64,000 nt of DNA from an uncultured archaeon. GTDB lineage: Archaea > Altiarchaeota > Altiarchaeia > IMC4 > QMZM01. Location: contig CAZJVE010000002.1 of the NCBI GenBank assembly GCA_964549685.1, positions 5,246 through 69,245 on the forward strand. Direction: 5' to 3'. Of this stretch, positions 61,085-64,000 are shown piece by piece. A model generated the notes under the pieces. That model was given only the letters and a program-made list of their open reading frames with translations, searched no databases and was not told where the DNA came from. The translations under genes and the position numbers were made by a program. Each line of letters starts with the position of its first letter. Positions within the stretch are counted from its first letter, which is position 1.

Positions 61085-62920
61085 ATGCGTTTTAAACCAG
61101 GCAAAATCCTGACGGGAATCCTGCCCCCGATAATAGCCGTAAACGTCTTCGCAATCATCGCATACCTGGTTCTAAACTATAAAGACATCGGCATAACCTC
61201 TGCCAAACTCATGGAAATCCTGCCCTGCTTCTTCCTGGTGAATTTCATACTCATCCTGCTTCTCCTTGCGCTAAACGCCGGGAGATTCAGCCAGGAATTC
61301 AAGGGCATTAGCAACAGGACCTGGTTCCTGCTGATAGCTATAGTAATCCTGGGGTTCTTCCTTAGAGAGTTCGTCGTTGACCACACGCACAGGATATTCT
61401 TCGACGAGGACCTCTACTCTGGCATAGGGAACTCCATGGCCCGGGAATTCAGGGCCATAATGTGCAACTACGGAACGCCGACAGAATGCAGGGAGGGAAT
61501 CCTCAACAAGGACCCCTCCGGATGGCCGTTCCTCCTTACGGTATTCTACTGGCTCCTCGGCTCCGCAGAAAAGATTGCCTTCGTCATCTCCGTACTTATC
61601 GCAACCATCTCCATAGCCCTTGTCTTCCTGGTAGTCTACATGCTCAGCAGGAACGAGACTGCAGGGCTCTATGCCTCGCTCCTATTCGCCCTTACCCCCG
61701 CCCATCTCATATGGTCCGGTTCTATTGCTACTGAGGTCCCGTTCGCATTCTTCTCCCTCCTGACAATCCTCGTATATCTCCTCTATTTCGAGAGCCACTC
61801 CCTGAAAGCCCACCTTCTCGGAGCAGTACTCCTTGCATATACTGTGCAAATAAGGCCCGAGGGCCTGATATTCATAGGCGCCATTGCCCTGATGTTCCTG
61901 CTCTTCGAGAGTAAACCCCTCAAAAAACTGTCCAGCTGGAGATTCTGGCTCCCCTGGATTTTACTCTTTGTCCTTCTCACCCCCCACCTCATGCAGATGT
62001 ACTCGAACCGGGGAGGCAGCTGGGGCGCCCCCTCAGGAGAGAAGCTGGGCTGGAAATACGTCGACGGAAACCTCACAAAGAACACGCTCTTCTGGTACAG
62101 CGGCGAGATGCATCCCCTGTTCTTCACGTTCCTTGCCATTCTTGGAGCAGTCTACCTCCTCAGGGAGAAGAAGAACCTCCTGTTCAACCTCGTCTGGTTC
62201 TCCATCTTCTTTGTCCTGTTCGTATTCTTCTATGCTGGCAGTGTAGACAACGGCGGCATTGGCTTCAGGTTCGTCAACCTCTACTGTGCCCCTGTTGCAA
62301 TCCTCGGCGGCTACGGCGCATTCATGCTGCACAAAATCCTTTCAAAGGGCCTTAGGTCCAAGAAGATAGCCACCGTCCTAATCATAGCCCTCATCTCAGT
62401 CTCATTCCTCTTCCTGTCCAATTTCCCGTACAAAAGCCTCGTCGATATGCTCGGCGACCCAAAGCCGGGAGTCAGGCACTTCCTTACGAATGAGAATCAA
62501 TATCCTCCCGTAAAAGGCCCGATGAATCTGACCTACTCGAGAGTAGTCTCCTTCATCCTTACCCCCGACAAGCAGGCCCAGTACGCAAGGGACATGCACG
62601 ACATCCTCGTCATGCCCAACATGAACAAAATCGGCGACGACTGCTGGGTGATGACTCATAACCCCAGCATTTTCCTGGTTGAGGGTAAGAATTCCATGCA
62701 GGCCTGGTTCGGAACAAATGACAAGGTAATGAACCGGCTCTTCAACGAAACCAACTGCGTCATGTGGCTCGAGGGCGCATGGTGCGTCGTCTCGAAGCAG
62801 CACAGGGAAGGCACGTGCAAGAATATGCACAACAGATATAACCTCACGGTCATCGACAGCTATACACGGCCCGAAAACACAAAGCAGGTCTTCAATCTGT
62901 ACATGGTGAACAGAAAGTAG
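61085..62920 (+). CDS. GT-C fold glycosyltransferase, PMT_2/ArnT-like, second copy
   Basis: Multi-TM protein whose first-loop acidic motif is RIFFDEDLYSG. A soluble C-terminal domain follows. Its start is 1 nt after the carbamoyltransferase stop. Confidence 0.7.
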   Translation: MRFKPGKILTGILPPIIAVNVFAIIAYLVLNYKDIGITSAKLMEILPCFFLVNFILILLLLALNAGRFSQEFKGISNRTWFLLIAIVILGFFLREFVVDHTHRIFFDEDLYSGIGNSMAREFRAIMCNYGTPTECREGILNKDPSGWPFLLTVFYWLLGSAEKIAFVISVLIATISIALVFLVVYMLSRNETAGLYASLLFALTPAHLIWSGSIATEVPFAFFSLLTILVYLLYFESHSLKAHLLGAVLLAYTVQIRPEGLIFIGAIALMFLLFESKPLKKLSSWRFWLPWILLFVLLTPHLMQMYSNRGGSWGAPSGEKLGWKYVDGNLTKNTLFWYSGEMHPLFFTFLAILGAVYLLREKKNLLFNLVWFSIFFVLFVFFYAGSVDNGGIGFRFVNLYCAPVAILGGYGAFMLHKILSKGLRSKKIATVLIIALISVSFLFLSNFPYKSLVDMLGDPKPGVRHFLTNENQYPPVKGPMNLTYSRVVSFILTPDKQAQYARDMHDILVMPNMNKIGDDCWVMTHNPSIFLVEGKNSMQAWFGTNDKVMNRLFNETNCVMWLEGAWCVVSKQHREGTCKNMHNRYNLTVIDSYTRPENTKQVFNLYMVNRK

Positions 62921-64000
62921 ACAGGACGTGTCCTGCCCTCTTCTCCAGCATATCTATGACCTCCTCATTACTCTCTCCTTCTGCAAATATGCTACATACC
63001 GGCTCATGGGCCCGGATTACCGAACCGTCGGGAGGAATATCCGCAACATCCGTCGCATTGGAAAGATTTACCCTGACCCTCCCCCCCGCAAAAACAATCC
63101 CCTTCCCGAAGCACTTATCAGAAGCGAATTCTATTCTTTCTAAATTTCCATTAATCGCATTGATGTGCTTTTCCACCAGATTAATATTCCTGTACCTCTC
63201 GACGCACTCCATGGTGTCCTGAAGCCTCGGGTTTACCTCCATGAAGTACAGTCTATCGCCTGACATGATATAATCTATCCCATTGGAACCAACCAGCCCC
63301 GCCCTCGATATTATCCTCTCCGAAACCCTGGCAATCTCATCATTCATCCCCGAATCCAATGGCACAAGATTCCCGCAGTATGTAAATTCCTTCATCACGT
63401 TGAATTCCTTCACTCCAATAAGCTGCCTGTTCACCGATATAGCCCGGGAATTCTCCCCGTCGCAGAGAACGGACGAGCTCACCGGTATCCCCGCCACATA
63501 TTCCTGCAGCAGCAGCTCCACCCCCTTCTCAAAGGCCCACGACATCCTCTCAACATCCTCTCCCCCTCTGAGAAGATGCTGCCCCACTCCACCCCCTTCG
63601 TAGGGCGACTTCAGGACAGCGGGAAAACCAATCCTCTCCACGGCCCTCTCCAGCTCATCAACCGAACCAACGACAACAGTCTCGGGGAATTCCGCCTCAC
63701 TCTTGGACAGTATCCTCTCCAGGCTCCCCCACCCCTTGACCCTCTCAACAGCCTTAGAACCATTCCCCAGAATCTCAAACTCCCTCTCCAGCTTTCTGAG
63801 AAGGTGTGCATTGCACCCCATTGCCGATGTCGGAATCACCGAATCCACCAGCCCTGAGAGCTTCTCAATGGCAAAATCAACCAGCGCCCCGGCGGAATAC
63901 TCCCCTCCCAAATCAGGCTTCAGGGGATTCCGCTGCATGGAGAATACCCTCCCTCCCAGGTCAGTATCCGGGTAATAGCCCGCAAGACAGACCTCAAGCC
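62892..64000 (-). CDS. ATP-grasp family ligase (COG2232-like carboligase); N-terminus probably beyond window edge
   Basis: ATP-grasp motifs VLKSPYEGGGVGQ, LLQEYVAG and YFMEVNPRLQD are present. The minus-strand frame stays open upstream of the ATG at 63938 through position 64000, so the true start may lie outside the window. Confidence 0.65.
   Translation of the reverse strand, partial: LEVCLAGYYPDTDLGGRVFSMQRNPLKPDLGGEYSAGALVDFAIEKLSGLVDSVIPTSAMGCNAHLLRKLEREFEILGNGSKAVERVKGWGSLERILSKSEAEFPETVVVGSVDELERAVERIGFPAVLKSPYEGGGVGQHLLRGGEDVERMSWAFEKGVELLLQEYVAGIPVSSSVLCDGENSRAISVNRQLIGVKEFNVMKEFTYCGNLVPLDSGMNDEIARVSERIISRAGLVGSNGIDYIMSGDRLYFMEVNPRLQDTMECVERYRNINLVEKHINAINGNLERIEFASDKCFGKGIVFAGGRVRVNLSNATDVADIPPDGSVIRAHEPVCSIFAEGESNEEVIDMLEKRAGHVLSTFCSPCTD

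Overview
This is a gene-dense archaeal chromosomal segment. Archaeal hallmarks include a thermosome, archaeal RNase J, DTD2-type deacylase, a COG1395 HTH regulator, a class III signal-peptide pilin, an archaeal RNase P RNA, a C/D box sRNA, and TATA-box or leaderless promoters. Housekeeping genes are thermosome, Hsp20, lysC, lysA, purC, rnj, thiI, dtdA, tRNA-Leu(UAG), RNase P RNA, and an oxidative-stress operon (glutaredoxin, trxB, rubrerythrin, desulfoferrodoxin). These are interleaved with accessory content. (1) A minus-strand cluster runs DUF835 membrane protein, KaiC-like ATPase, a membrane-anchored HerA-type ATPase with a long coiled-coil tail, then an overlapping NurA-like nuclease. It lacks Mre11/Rad50 and is my best candidate for an undescribed system. 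(2) A 1671-aa protein has an N-terminal winged-helix-like domain and about a dozen 105-aa helical repeats, some nearly identical at the DNA level. (3) A cell-surface island encodes subtilisin, FG-GAP propeller and beta-helix proteins with poly-Thr/Ser linkers. It sits beside a glycosylation and tailoring cluster: two Dpm1/GtrB-like GT2s, two GT-C (PMT/ArnT-like) enzymes, two B12-radical SAM enzymes, a SAM methyltransferase, a NodU-type carbamoyltransferase and an ATP-grasp enzyme. (4) There are two toxin-antitoxin pairs (VapBC, MNT/HEPN). (5) Three small gene cassettes are bounded by 13-27 nt direct repeats, one of them duplicating the 3' end of the RNase P RNA gene. Three features absent from the ORF track were found by reading the sequence: a truncated pilin gene at the left edge, a 51-aa cysteine-rich ORF with its own SD, and the two ncRNAs. 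No CRISPR array, rRNA, transposase or integrase was seen. All functional calls rest on motif recognition by eye; no database search was possible.
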